Of a stretch of 64,000 nt of DNA, positions 7,027 to 17,900 are shown one piece after another; within the stretch, counting starts at the first letter, position 1; every line of letters begins with the position of its first letter. The stretch is from contig CAVOKF010000005.1 of NCBI GenBank assembly GCA_963696385.1, positions 768,001 through 832,000 of the forward strand, written 5' to 3'. The stretch comes from an uncultured delta proteobacterium (GTDB lineage: Bacteria; Myxococcota_A; Polyangia; Polyangiales; Polyangiaceae). The translations under genes and the position numbers were made by a program. Under the pieces are notes generated by a model, which saw only the letters and a list, made by a program, of their open reading frames with translations, did no database searches and was not told the origin of the DNA.

Positions 7027-9232
7027 CAGCGCCGGCGGCATCGCGTTGACGCTTGCGTTGGCGCACGCGTGCGGCGCCAAGGACGCGTCAATCGCGGCCG
7101 CTCCGCCTCCCGCGACCTCCGACCCGACGGCAGTCGCGCCGGCTCTCGCCGTGGCTGCGGCACCCGTTCGGCCGGCGCCCCCTTGGTCGCCGTTGGTGCG
7201 TGACGCGGAGTGGGATGCGGCGTGGCGCGCGCTCGAGGCGCTGCCGGAAGCCGACAAGGTGCGACCCGACGTGCGCTACGTCCGTGCTCGGGTTGCTCTG
7301 GCCCGGGCGGACATGGCGGTCGCGCTGCCGCTGCTCGATGGGCTCGAGACGACGTTGCCGCTTTTGGCGGCGGACGTTGCACGGCGCCGCGCCGAGGCCG
7401 AGCTCGTGGTGGGACCTTTCGCAGAAGCCGGCGAATGGTTTGGGGCACATGCCGCTCCCAGCGCACAGATCGAAAGTGCTCGCGCGTTCGCAAAGGCCGG
7501 CGACGCCCGGCGCGCCCGTGCAGCGGTGGAACGCGTCCTCTCGAGCGACAAGCGGACGCGGGCGCAAGAGGGGGAGGCGCGGGCGTTGCGCATCGCCCTC
7601 GCGACCGTCCCCGATGAGGTGGAGAAGGCCGATGTACGATGGCTCGCCGTGCAGGGTGCGGACCTCGCGGTGGCGTCGGACGCACTCGCACTTCGGGCCA
7701 AGGTCGACCCCGATCAGCCGCTGACGGCAAACGAGCTGCTCTTGCGCGCCCGCGTCCTCTCGGACGCCGGCCGCATCGACGATGCATTGCGTGCGGTCGA
7801 CCTCGCTCAGCTCGCTCGGCACGCCGACAAGGTGTCGCGCTCCGAACGGCTGCATGTTCGCGGGATGGCGCTGTTTCACGCGCGAGGCCGCGGCAGCGAA
7901 GCCTCCAGAGCGCTCTTCGATGCCGCCGCTGCAGGGGGGCCGACGGCGGCAGAGGATGCGTTTCATGCCGCTCGTGCGCTCTCGCGTGCCGATCGGGACG
8001 AAGAAGCGATCGTGGCTTACAACGATGTGCCGCGGCGATATCCCAAGTCCACGTGGGCCGAGCAGGCGGGCTATTTCGTGCCGTACTTGCGCATGATCCA
8101 CGGCGAATGGCGCGAGTGCGCTCGCGGCTTCGGCGCGTACCTGCACGCGCACCCTACCGGCGATCGGGCCCCGGACGCTCGCGCGAGCGGCGCGCTCTGC
8201 AGACTGCTCGACGGGGACGCCAAGGGGGCGCGCGCCGCCTTCGAGCAGCTGGTCGAGGACGAGGCCGAGCCGATCGTCAGCGCACGAATGGCGAATATGG
8301 CGGCGCTTGCCGCGTTGCACGACGGGGATCGTACGCATGCCATTGCGCGATGGACGGACGTGGCACGGTCGAGGCCCCTGTCCTGGCCTGCGCTCGTGGC
8401 CCGTGCGCGGTTGGCGGAAGCCGGGGCTCTGGTGCCGCCTTCCATCGATCCTGCCGCCGAACCGGCGTCGCCGGATCCCGGAGCGATCAACATTTCCATC
8501 CCGCCACCGGCCGACTTGCTCGATCGACTGGGCCTCGATGAGGATGCCGAGGTCGCGCTGCGCGAACGCGAGAACTCCATCACGAGCGGTGCCGGTCCCC
8601 ACGCCGCCGAGGCCCTCTGCGTCGTGTACGGCAAGCTCGGCCGAGCCAGGCGACGGTATCAAATTGCGCAATCGTTGCCTTCGGCGTTCTTCGCATTCGC
8701 GCCGACGTCCCGCACGCAATGGGCTTGGGACTGCGCCTTCCCCAGGCCCTACCTCGACGTCGTTCGCGACGCCGAGGCGCGAGAGCAGCTGCCGAGTGGC
8801 TTGCTCTGGGCCGTCATGCGCCAGGAGAGCAGTTTCGATCCGGACGCCGTATCGCCGGCAAAGGCCGTCGGCCTCATGCAGCTGCTGCCCGAAACGGCTC
8901 GGCCCATCGCCGAGGAGCTCAGCCTGTCCCGCGAAGACGCGCGCCTTACGAGCCCGTCGTACGCGATCCGCGTCGGGGCGCGTGCGCTGCGCAAACTGAT
9001 CGACCAACTGCACGGCAACGTCCCGCTCGCCGTCGCGGCGTACAACGCCGGTGCCGAATCCGTCGAGCGATGGCTTGCGGGCGCCCCAGGCATGCAGATC
9101 GACACCTTCGTGGAGCACATTCCGTACAAGGAAACGCGCGATTATGTGATCCGGGTCATGGGCAACTTGGCGCGCTACGGATACCTCGGCACGGGCGATG
9201 GTGGGGTCCCGGCCGTTGGACTGGCGCTTTGA
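7013..9232 (+). CDS. Slt-like soluble lytic transglycosylase with TPR-like helical repeats, probable lipoprotein
   Basis: C-terminal AVMRQESSF, AVGLMQL, AAYNAG and IPYKETRDYV; N-terminal LAHAC lipobox. Overlaps the MTase stop. Confidence 0.92.
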   Translation: MFGRNSAGGIALTLALAHACGAKDASIAAAPPPATSDPTAVAPALAVAAAPVRPAPPWSPLVRDAEWDAAWRALEALPEADKVRPDVRYVRARVALARADMAVALPLLDGLETTLPLLAADVARRRAEAELVVGPFAEAGEWFGAHAAPSAQIESARAFAKAGDARRARAAVERVLSSDKRTRAQEGEARALRIALATVPDEVEKADVRWLAVQGADLAVASDALALRAKVDPDQPLTANELLLRARVLSDAGRIDDALRAVDLAQLARHADKVSRSERLHVRGMALFHARGRGSEASRALFDAAAAGGPTAAEDAFHAARALSRADRDEEAIVAYNDVPRRYPKSTWAEQAGYFVPYLRMIHGEWRECARGFGAYLHAHPTGDRAPDARASGALCRLLDGDAKGARAAFEQLVEDEAEPIVSARMANMAALAALHDGDRTHAIARWTDVARSRPLSWPALVARARLAEAGALVPPSIDPAAEPASPDPGAINISIPPPADLLDRLGLDEDAEVALRERENSITSGAGPHAAEALCVVYGKLGRARRRYQIAQSLPSAFFAFAPTSRTQWAWDCAFPRPYLDVVRDAEAREQLPSGLLWAVMRQESSFDPDAVSPAKAVGLMQLLPETARPIAEELSLSREDARLTSPSYAIRVGARALRKLIDQLHGNVPLAVAAYNAGAESVERWLAGAPGMQIDTFVEHIPYKETRDYVIRVMGNLARYGYLGTGDGGVPAVGLAL

Positions 9233-9300
9233 ACGTCTGGATCGTCGATCGGAGCCAGCGTTCGCGCGGGCCGGCTCCCCGCACAATCACGGGCGGATTC

Positions 9301-9342
9301 GCGGGTCACCACGAGCGGGTCACCACGAGCGGGTCACCACGA
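9301..9342. repeat. 14-bp tandem repeat x3 (gcgggtcaccacga)
   Basis: Units at 9301, 9315 and 9329; spans the stop codon of the antiporter gene. Confidence 0.95.
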
Positions 9343-11067
9343 GCGGGCGGACCGCCTCTTGGGACGCTGCGAGGCCCGCGTCCTGCGCGCGCTGTCGGAG
9401 AGCACGCGGGTGATTTCGTCGAGGCCGCTTGCCGCCACGAGCTCCTGTCGCGCACGCGCGTCGAACGTTGCGCGAGCGATCGATGCAAGAATACGTACCT
9501 CCTCTTCGTACGCCTTGGGTGGCATGAGGAGCAGGAACACGATGCGCGCGGCTCGGCCGTCCGGCGCGTCGAAGTCGATCCCGGCCGGCGCGAGTCCGAG
9601 GGCGAGCAGGGGACGATCCAGACCGTCGACGGCAGCGTGAGGAATGGCCACCTCGTCACCGAGGCCGGTGGCGGCGACCCGTTCGCGCTCGATCACGGCG
9701 TCGCGCGCTCGCCGCTTCATGCCGGCCAACAGGGAGCCGAGCGCACGGACGAGCTCGCCAATGGCCTCGGTCGGGGTGTGCGCATGAAGCTCGGCTATGA
9801 ACCCGCCGCGCCGGAGGAGGGTCACGACATCCTCCTCGGCCTCGTCGCGGTACAGCAGCCGCTTCATCGCCGGGCCGCTGACCAGCGAAGTGATCAGGGC
9901 CATCAGCACGAGTGCCACGAAGATCCGGTCGGTCAGCAGCCCTGCATCGCGCGCCAGGTCGGCCAAGATGAGGCCCATGGCCCCGCGTGCGTTCATTCCG
10001 ATGCCGACCGCGGTGGCTTGCCGCCACGGCAGTCCGCCGATTCGCGCGCCGATCGCGCATCCGGCCAGCTTGGGGACGGTCGCGAGGACGAGGATGAGCG
10101 CGCAGAGCCGCACGTCGAACGCGCTGACGAAGTCGACCCGCAGCCCGATGGAGGCGAAAAACACCGGTGCGAACACGTTGATGACGAAGTCCTCGATGGC
10201 GCGTCGTGTCCGCACCTTGATACGCTTGGAGCCACCGACCGTGAGGCCTACGACGAAGCCACCGAATACCGCGTGCAGGCCGATCGCTTGCGTCGCCGCT
10301 GCGCCGACCAAGGCCAGCAAGATGACGACCGAAAGGATCCGGCCCGACCCGCCGGTTCCCATGCCTTCGACACGGCTGAGGGCTATGTCGAGGATGCGCC
10401 GGCCGCCGATAAGTAACCCGGCCGCGAAGAGTGCCGTGAGCGCTGCGGTTTTCGCGAACGAGCCGAATGCCAAGCCTGTTCCGTGCATGGGCCCGAGCAA
10501 CAGCGACAGCGCGAGCCAACCAGCCAAGTCGTCGATCATGGCGGCGGCCATGACGAGCAGGCCGACGTCCGATTTGAAGAGGCCCAGGTCGAGCAACGTC
10601 TTGGCAATGACGGGAAGCGCGGAGATGCTAAGCGCCACACCCATCAAGAGCGCGAACGTCGTGCGCCGCGAGGGGTCGAGCAGATCGGAGTCTGGCAAAA
10701 GAAAGCCGAGCGCCACGCCGCACGCCGCGGGGAGCAAGATTCCGAGCACGCCGGTGAGCAATGCGACGGCTCCGCGCCGCCTGAGGACACCTAGATCGAT
10801 CTCGAGGCCGACGACGGCGAGCAGCAGGACGGCTGCCACGGTCGTGTAGGCGCCAATCATCGCCTGAGGCGTGCCCGGGCTGAACAGCCAGAGTTGGGTT
10901 CTCGGAAGAAGCCGCCCCAAGGCCGTGGGCCCGAGCGCGATCCCGGCGCCGAGCTCTCCGACGATGACGGGCAATCCGATCGCCCGCGCAGCCTCCCCGA
11001 GCGCCCGCGCCGCGGCCAAAAGAGCGGTCAGCGCGAGCAAGAAGACGAGGACGTCGTGGTCATTCAT
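9334..11067 (-). CDS. CPA2-type cation:proton antiporter fused to a C-terminal PTS EIIA type-2 (PtsN-like) domain
   Basis: Multi-pass membrane domain with GELGAGIALGP, ISALPVIAKTL, AAMIDD, FAPVFFASIG and GMNARG; tail ERERVAATGLGDEVAIPHA carries the EIIA phospho-His motif. Confidence 0.9.
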   Translation of the reverse strand: MNDHDVLVFLLALTALLAAARALGEAARAIGLPVIVGELGAGIALGPTALGRLLPRTQLWLFSPGTPQAMIGAYTTVAAVLLLAVVGLEIDLGVLRRRGAVALLTGVLGILLPAACGVALGFLLPDSDLLDPSRRTTFALLMGVALSISALPVIAKTLLDLGLFKSDVGLLVMAAAMIDDLAGWLALSLLLGPMHGTGLAFGSFAKTAALTALFAAGLLIGGRRILDIALSRVEGMGTGGSGRILSVVILLALVGAAATQAIGLHAVFGGFVVGLTVGGSKRIKVRTRRAIEDFVINVFAPVFFASIGLRVDFVSAFDVRLCALILVLATVPKLAGCAIGARIGGLPWRQATAVGIGMNARGAMGLILADLARDAGLLTDRIFVALVLMALITSLVSGPAMKRLLYRDEAEEDVVTLLRRGGFIAELHAHTPTEAIGELVRALGSLLAGMKRRARDAVIERERVAATGLGDEVAIPHAAVDGLDRPLLALGLAPAGIDFDAPDGRAARIVFLLLMPPKAYEEEVRILASIARATFDARARQELVAASGLDEITRVLSDSARRTRASQRPKRRSARSW

Positions 11068-11106
11068 GCGCGTTCATCCCCTGGCCGGGGCGCATCATGG
11101 TAGGAC

Positions 11107-12465
11107 TTGCACCCAGTGTGGGGCTTGGTCGTTGCGGCGCTCTGCGTTGCTCTCAACGGTTTCTTCGTCGCCGCGGAGTTTGCCCTCGTCAAGGTGCGGG
11201 CTACGCAGCTGCGCTCGAGGGCCCGCAAGGGGGAACGCAAAGCCATCGTAGCCGAGACGATTGTCGGCCGGCTGGACCGTTATCTCTCGGTCACGCAGTT
11301 CGGCATTACGCTGGCGAGCCTGGGTCTCGGCTGGATCGGGGAACCATCGCTGGCGGCGCTGCTCGACCGCGTCGCAGTCGCTGCGTTCGGGGTGCCGGCC
11401 GCGGGCGCCGTTCATGTCGTGGTCGCCGTGGTCGCGTTCGCGATTCTCACGTTCGGGCACGTTTTGCTGGGTGAGCTCGTGCCGAAGCTCATCGCGATCC
11501 AACGATCCGAGGCGACGGCGCTTGCGGCCGCCATTCCGCTGCGCGTCGTGTACTTCACGTTTCAGCCCTTGCTTTGGCTGCTCGAACAGGCATCTCGATT
11601 CATCTTGAGTGCCGTAGGCATGTCGCCGGATGTCGCCAGTGTCGAGGGCCGCTTCAGTGAGGACGAGATTCTGTCGATTCTCGCCGCGAGTGCCGCGCGG
11701 TCGCCTCGCGGCCGCGCACTGGCGGAGTTGCTCGAGCGCGTCATGCGCTTTTCGCAGCGCGCAGCGCGCCATTCGATGGTGCCGCGCGTGGACGTCGTGT
11801 CGCTTCCGGTACAAACGAGCGGCGCGGACGCCGACGAATTCGTCCGTGCGCATCAGTACTCTCGCGTGTTGCTCACCGTCGGTCGGTCGCTCGACGAAGT
11901 CGCGGGGTACTTGTATGCGAAGGATTTCTTGCTCCACGCCGAGGCGCGCACGCTCCCGAGCCTCGTACCTCTCCGGCGCGACGTTCTGTTCGTGCCCGAG
12001 GTACAGAGCGGCATGGATGTCCTGCGGGAGATGCAGAGAAAGCAGGTTCCCATCGCCGTCGTCGTCGACGAGTATGGGGGCACGAGCGGGCTCGTCACGA
12101 TGGAGGACCTGCTCGAGGAGATTGTCGGCGAGATTCGCGACGAGTTCGACGAGGAGCCGCAGAAGATTATTCGCGAACCAGGTCTCGACGAGGCATGGGA
12201 CGTCGACGGACGGGCGGCGATGGAGGAGGTGCGTTCGGCGCTCGGCATCCAGATACCGAACGCGGACCTGGCCGAGACCATCGGAGCGTTCGTCGTCGAG
12301 CTTTTGGGGCGGTTGCCGCGTGCCGGTGACCGGGTCGAGCTCGCGCGCGGAGCCATCGCGGAGGTGACCGGAATCAGCCGCAGGCGCGTGACGCGGGTCC
12401 GGGTCCGGATCCAGAAGCTTTCGGACGACGCGGCGTTGGCGGAGCGGTCCGGCACGAATCCATGA
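11107..12465 (+). CDS. HlyC/CorC-family (CNNM/DUF21 + CBS pair + CorC) metal transporter
   Basis: Motifs NGFFVAAEFALV, QFGITLASLGLGWIGEP, GELVPK, HQYSR and VVDEYGGTSGLVTMEDLLEEIVGEIRDE. Confidence 0.93.
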   Translation: MHPVWGLVVAALCVALNGFFVAAEFALVKVRATQLRSRARKGERKAIVAETIVGRLDRYLSVTQFGITLASLGLGWIGEPSLAALLDRVAVAAFGVPAAGAVHVVVAVVAFAILTFGHVLLGELVPKLIAIQRSEATALAAAIPLRVVYFTFQPLLWLLEQASRFILSAVGMSPDVASVEGRFSEDEILSILAASAARSPRGRALAELLERVMRFSQRAARHSMVPRVDVVSLPVQTSGADADEFVRAHQYSRVLLTVGRSLDEVAGYLYAKDFLLHAEARTLPSLVPLRRDVLFVPEVQSGMDVLREMQRKQVPIAVVVDEYGGTSGLVTMEDLLEEIVGEIRDEFDEEPQKIIREPGLDEAWDVDGRAAMEEVRSALGIQIPNADLAETIGAFVVELLGRLPRAGDRVELARGAIAEVTGISRRRVTRVRVRIQKLSDDAALAERSGTNP

Positions 12466-14894
12466 GCAGGCGGGCTGTCGGTTCGTGGCTGACGGTTGGC
12501 GCGATCGGGGTCGTGACGATGCTCTCGGCCTGGCTCACCGTCGTCAAGCTCCGGGTATCGACCGATCTGTCGTCGTTGTTCCCCGGCTCAGGCGACGCCG
12601 CGGCGCTCTCACGCTGGAACCGCGCGTTCAGTGGGCGAGACCCGGTCCTTCTCCTCGTGAGCGGCCAGAGTCCGGAAGACGTCGAGCGGGTAGCGGACGA
12701 CGTCGCGGACGGGTTACGGCGCGCCCCTTCGATCGAACGGGTCATCGATCGAGCCCCGGCGGTCCCGCCGCCGCCCGACCCCACACTGGCCTGGGCGCTT
12801 TCCGGACCGCAGGCGCGCGCGCGGCTCGCTGACCTCGTGACGCCCGAGCGGATGCGCGCACGGCTGGCCGAGACACGTGCCCTGCTGCTTGCGCCGCCCG
12901 CGGACGCGGAGGCGGAGACCTGGCTCGCTCGCGATCCGCTGCGGCTGGGTCAAGTGCCGTGGGAGTCGCGCACGGATCTGGCGGGTGGTGTGACGGCGCC
13001 GGCCGGCGCGGCCTTCACCGCCGACCGAGATCGTGCGCGATTGGTCGTGGTCCAGGCGCGCGGCAGCGCGTTTGTATCGGCTGACGCGAATGCAGCGATG
13101 GACGACGTGGATCGGGCTCTTCGCACCCGTGCGCGGCCGGGTGTGACCATCGAGGTGGCGGGCGGTCACGCCATCGCGCGTGCCACCGAGCGGATGCTCA
13201 AGCGCGACTTGGCCGTGAGCGGAACGCTGTCGATCGTCCTTGCGTCGCTGGCATTCGTCGTCACGTTCGGCCGCGTGCGCGCCCTTGCCGCGGTGCTGCC
13301 GCCGCTCGTGGTCGGCACACTTTGGACGACGGGTCTCGCCGCACTGTTTCCTTTTGGGTTGAACGCCTTGGCCATCGCGTTCGCGGCCGTCGTCGTGGGA
13401 GTCGGGGTGGACACGGGCGTGCACGTTTACGCCGCGCTGCTCGATGCGCGTCGCGCTGGGCTCGCCGGCGCGGCCGCCGCCCGCGCGGCGCGATCTTCGA
13501 CTTGGATGCCGACGATCACGGCCGCGGGCGTCGCCGCCGTCGCGTTTGCCTCCCTTGCTCTCAGCGGTCTGCGTGCCATGCAAGAGCTCGGGTTGCTGTG
13601 CGGTGCCGGCGAGTTGTTGACAGCGGTGGCCATTTTGCTCATCACACCCGAGATGGGTGCGTTTCTCGAGCGACGCTCGACACCGCCGGTGCGGTCGTCA
13701 TGGTGGATCGAGTGGCTCATCCGCGCCACCGCAACGCGCGGCCGAGCCGCAGTCGCACTGGGCCTGTGTGCGACGCCAGTAGCCATTCTCGCCGTCATCG
13801 GGTGGCCTCCACCCGCCGATGCTCTCGTGGCCGTTCGCCCTCGCGCGATGGCACCGCTTTTGGCCGAACAGCACATTCGATCCCTGTTCGGCGGTCATTC
13901 CGGCCAATGGTTCGTCTTGACGATCGACTCCGATCCAGAGTCTGCGCGGGCGCGGGCAGATCGCGTGGCCGAGACGCTCGAGGGCCTCGAGCAATCCGGC
14001 GACATCGACAGCTTCGACGCGCTCGGGACGCTTGCGCCCGCTGCGGTGACTCAGCGGGCGCGCTTGGCCGAGCGCGACAGTCTCGATCTGCCGGCTCGAC
14101 GGGGCTTTCTCGAGGCGGCCCTTCGCGAAGAGGGCTTCGACCTCGGCGCCTGCGCCCCCGCGCTCGACGCGTTCGCTCACCCCTCGCACGATCTTGTGCC
14201 CGATGCCCTCGGAGGTGGAGAGGCGGCTTCCTGGTTATTCGCGCGGCACCTCGCGCACGACGGGCCCGACACGCTGGTCGCCACCTACGTGCGACCGACC
14301 GGTGGCGCATCGGCGAACGCGCGCGCGCGCGCGGCCATCCTCGCGACCGACCCGGCTGCGCTCGTCACGAGCTTCGATGCGATCGACCAAGCGCTCCGCG
14401 ACTCGCTGCATCGCGATCTCATCCTCGTGGGTGCAGTCGCCCTGGGCGTCGTGGCCGTGGCGATGCGGGTAGCTCTTCGGAGCGCACGCCACGCGCTCGT
14501 CGCTCTAGCGACGCTGGCCTGCGAAATGGGAGCCGTGGGGGTGGCCATGCGCGCCTTCGGAATGCAATGGCACGTCTACGACGCACTCGTTCTGCCCGTC
14601 CTCTTCGGCGTGACGATTGACGAATCGATGTTTCTTTTGCATGCCGCCCGCCACGGTTCGATGGCCCAGGCGCTTCGAACACAAGGACCGCTCGTGGCCG
14701 CTACCGCGCTGACCACCGCCGCCGGTTTCGGCGCGCTAGTCGCGTGTCGCTTCGACGGACTGCGCGACCTCGGCTCGATCGGCACCGTGGGCGTTCTTGC
14801 CGGCCTCGTGGCCGCGCTCGTCGTGGTCCCCGCCGCCGTTCGCGCATTCGAGCGGAGCCCGGAGCTCGGATCCCGGTCGTGCGAGCCATCGTAG
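12462..14894 (+). CDS. MMPL/RND-like exporter
   Basis: Two repeats of TM, large loop and five TMs; GVGVDTGVH and GVTIDESMF motifs; ATGA overlap with the previous gene. Confidence 0.82.
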   Translation: MSRRAVGSWLTVGAIGVVTMLSAWLTVVKLRVSTDLSSLFPGSGDAAALSRWNRAFSGRDPVLLLVSGQSPEDVERVADDVADGLRRAPSIERVIDRAPAVPPPPDPTLAWALSGPQARARLADLVTPERMRARLAETRALLLAPPADAEAETWLARDPLRLGQVPWESRTDLAGGVTAPAGAAFTADRDRARLVVVQARGSAFVSADANAAMDDVDRALRTRARPGVTIEVAGGHAIARATERMLKRDLAVSGTLSIVLASLAFVVTFGRVRALAAVLPPLVVGTLWTTGLAALFPFGLNALAIAFAAVVVGVGVDTGVHVYAALLDARRAGLAGAAAARAARSSTWMPTITAAGVAAVAFASLALSGLRAMQELGLLCGAGELLTAVAILLITPEMGAFLERRSTPPVRSSWWIEWLIRATATRGRAAVALGLCATPVAILAVIGWPPPADALVAVRPRAMAPLLAEQHIRSLFGGHSGQWFVLTIDSDPESARARADRVAETLEGLEQSGDIDSFDALGTLAPAAVTQRARLAERDSLDLPARRGFLEAALREEGFDLGACAPALDAFAHPSHDLVPDALGGGEAASWLFARHLAHDGPDTLVATYVRPTGGASANARARAAILATDPAALVTSFDAIDQALRDSLHRDLILVGAVALGVVAVAMRVALRSARHALVALATLACEMGAVGVAMRAFGMQWHVYDALVLPVLFGVTIDESMFLLHAARHGSMAQALRTQGPLVAATALTTAAGFGALVACRFDGLRDLGSIGTVGVLAGLVAALVVVPAAVRAFERSPELGSRSCEPS

Positions 14895-14961
14895 TGAGCC
14901 GGACGACGGTGCCGGTTGCGCCGGCGGCGCGAGCGCCCTACGTACGCGCATCCGAGCGAAG

Positions 14962-17900
14962 ATGCCGCGCGTGACGCTGACCTCCACGCTTCGGGAGCAA
15001 ACCGGCCTCACGCCGGAGGAGCTGTCGGCCGGTCTGCAACCGACTCCCGAGTCGCTCGAGCCGCTCGAATCACTCTTGCCACCCGAGGGCATCGTCGCGT
15101 CGCGCGTCGGGGACGTGCTCGCTCGGGTCCGCGGGCCCACGCGGCAAAGGCTCGATGTCGCGGGCGTACACGGTTGCGCGGGAGCTGCGATCGTCGCGGC
15201 CTTTGTCCGTCAGGGACGCCGCGTCGTTTTCGTGGCACAAGACATCGACCTTGCGCGCCGCTCTGCGGACGACGTCGGATTCCTCACGCGAGGCTCGTTC
15301 GACGAGAACGCGGAGGAGACGGGCGAAGGCGACGTGATCGTCTTCGCCGCGAACGAATCCTCGCCGTACGCCGAGGTCAGCCCGGACCGCCGTGCCGCGA
15401 TGAGCCGAATGGCGACGTTGTTCCACCTCGCGCAGAACAGGCCGTGGCGCGTGCTCATCATCCCTGCGACGGCTCTTGTACGCAAAGTCGTTCCGAAGGC
15501 TGAGCTCACGAGGCGCGCCGATCGAATCGTCGCTGAGTCGGAGATCGACCGCGACGCGCTCGTTGGCGCGCTCTCCGAGGCGGGCTACCTGCGGGTTCCG
15601 GTGGTCGAGGACCCCGGCAGCTTCGCGGTTCGTGGCGCACTTCTCGACGTCTGGCCGCCATCGAGCGAATGGCCCGTGCGGGTCGAACTTTACGGTGAGC
15701 TCGTCCTGTCGCTCAAGCCGTTCGACCCCATCGAACAGAAGACGATCAAGGACGCGGCGGAGCTCAAACAGATTCTGGCTGTCACCGGCGCGGGAGGCGA
15801 TCCTCGATCCGCGTACCGTTGCGCGAGCACGCTCGCGACTCACGCAGCTCGCCGACTCGATCGACTGGCCGACGACCAAGGTTCGGGCGCTCCTCGACGA
15901 CGTCACCAGCGGCAGGTCCTTCTTCGGTGCCGAGGGCTTTCTGCCCGCGTACTACGAACGAATGGACCCGATCCTCGCGTACGTGCCCGCGGACGCGGTC
16001 CTCGTTCTCGAGGACCCGCCCAGCTTGACGCGCGCCGTTCGCAACGAGCTCGAGCGCGCGCGAGCGGACGCGGAGCCGAAGAGCGGCGACGGCCCCAAGT
16101 TCCTTCCCGAAGCCTTCTTCGCCGACGAAGAGGACGTCGCGCGCGAGATGGGCTCGCGCACCGTCGTTGCGCTGCACCGTACGCTTGCCGTCGGGCGGGC
16201 CGAAGGCGGCATGGGTTCGTTCGAGAGCCCCGCCGGCGATCCACTCCACCTAGCGTCGCGCGATCACGACGATCTCACGCGTGCCATCAAAGTGGCGCGG
16301 TCCGCGAAGGGCAAGAGCGCGGGGCTCGCGCCGCTCGTTCGCCGAGTCCGTCACTGGCTCGATCACGGGATGAGGGTCTTCGTCACGGCGCGAGCGCAGA
16401 CACAAGCCGAGCGTCTCGTGATGCTGCTGCGTCACCAGGATGTCGCGTGCAAGGCGCGACTGTCGGCGTTCGACCCCGCTTGGCTGGACGAGCCGGCCCA
16501 AGACGGGGTTCAGGTGGTCGTCGGACCGCTCGCGCGCGGCACGATCATCCCGGCGGACGGGTTGGTGCTCGTCACCGAAGAGGAGATCTTCGGCGCGCGC
16601 ACTCACCACCGTCGTGACAAAACGCGGTCCGCCGATCCGGCAAGGCCATTTCTCGAAGACCTGCGAAGTCTTTCGCCGGGTGACTACGTCGTGCATGGCG
16701 AACACGGGATCGGCCGTTACCAGGGCCTCGTCCACAAGAACGTCTCGGGCCTGACCGTCGACCTCATCGCGATCGAGTACGGAGGCGGAGACAAGCTGTA
16801 TTTACCCGTCTGGCGCCTCAACCAGCTCGAGAAATACGTTGGCGGCGAGCACGCCCAGCCGAAGCTCGACAAGCTCGGCGGCAGCACGTTCGCACGCACC
16901 AAAGCGCGCGTGGCACGCGAGGTCCGCAAAATGGCCGACGAGCTACTGCGTCTTTACGCCGAACGGCGGGCGGCGGCGGGCGACGTGCTGCCGCCCGCAG
17001 ACGACGACTACCGGGCGTTCGAGGCCACCTTTCCGTTCGACGAGACCACCGACCAGGCGCGCGCGATCGACGACGTGAACCACGACCTCGAGTCGCCCCG
17101 GCCCATGGACCGCCTCGTGTGTGGCGACGTCGGCTTCGGCAAAACCGAGGTGGCGTTGAGAGCCGCATTCCGAGTCGCGATGAGCGGCAAGCAGGTGGCC
17201 GTCCTCTGCCCGACGACGGTGCTCGCACAGCAGCACTTCCGGACGTTCGAGGCGCGAATGGCCGGCTATCCCGTGAACCTCCGGGCCCTGTCGCGCTTTC
17301 AATCGAAGAAGGAACAAGAGGAGACGGTCCTCGGTCTGAGAGACGGCAAGGTCGACGTCGTCGTCGGCACGCACCGGCTGCTTTCGAAGGACGTTCACTT
17401 CAAGACGCTCGGACTACTCGTCGTGGACGAAGAGCAGCGCTTCGGCGTGACTCACAAGGAGCGCATCAAGCAATTGCGCGCGCAGGTCGATGTGCTCACC
17501 CTCACGGCGACGCCCATTCCGCGGACTCTGCAGATGGCCGTCACGGGATTGCGCGACTTGTCGCTCATTACGACGGCGCCGGTCGACCGGCGTGCGGTCC
17601 GCACGGTGGTCACACGCTGGGACGATCAGGTCGTGCGGGAGGCCGTGCAGCGAGAGCTGGCGCGCGGCGGGCAATGTTTCTACGTGTACAACCGCATCGA
17701 CAAACTCTACGAGAAGGCGCAGCGTCTCCAAGAGCTCGTGCCGACCGCTCGAATCGCTGTCGCCCACGGACAGATGAGCGAGACCACTCTGGAGGAGACG
17801 ATGCTCGACTTCGTGGACGGCCGTTACGACGTCCTGGTGTCGACGGCGATCGTGGAAAGCGGGTTGGACATCCCGCGGGCCAATACGATGATCATCGACC

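Noticed and set aside
7088..9286. Long antisense ORFs (e.g. 7088..9286, 8719..10416, 32272..33858, 58866..60449)
   Set aside because: These are shadows of real genes on the other strand; high GC suppresses stop codons and the translations carry no family motifs.
15765..15785. Programmed ribosomal frameshift in mfd
   Set aside because: No slippery heptamer or adjacent in-frame stop, and no precedent known to me; a single-base indel is the simpler explanation.
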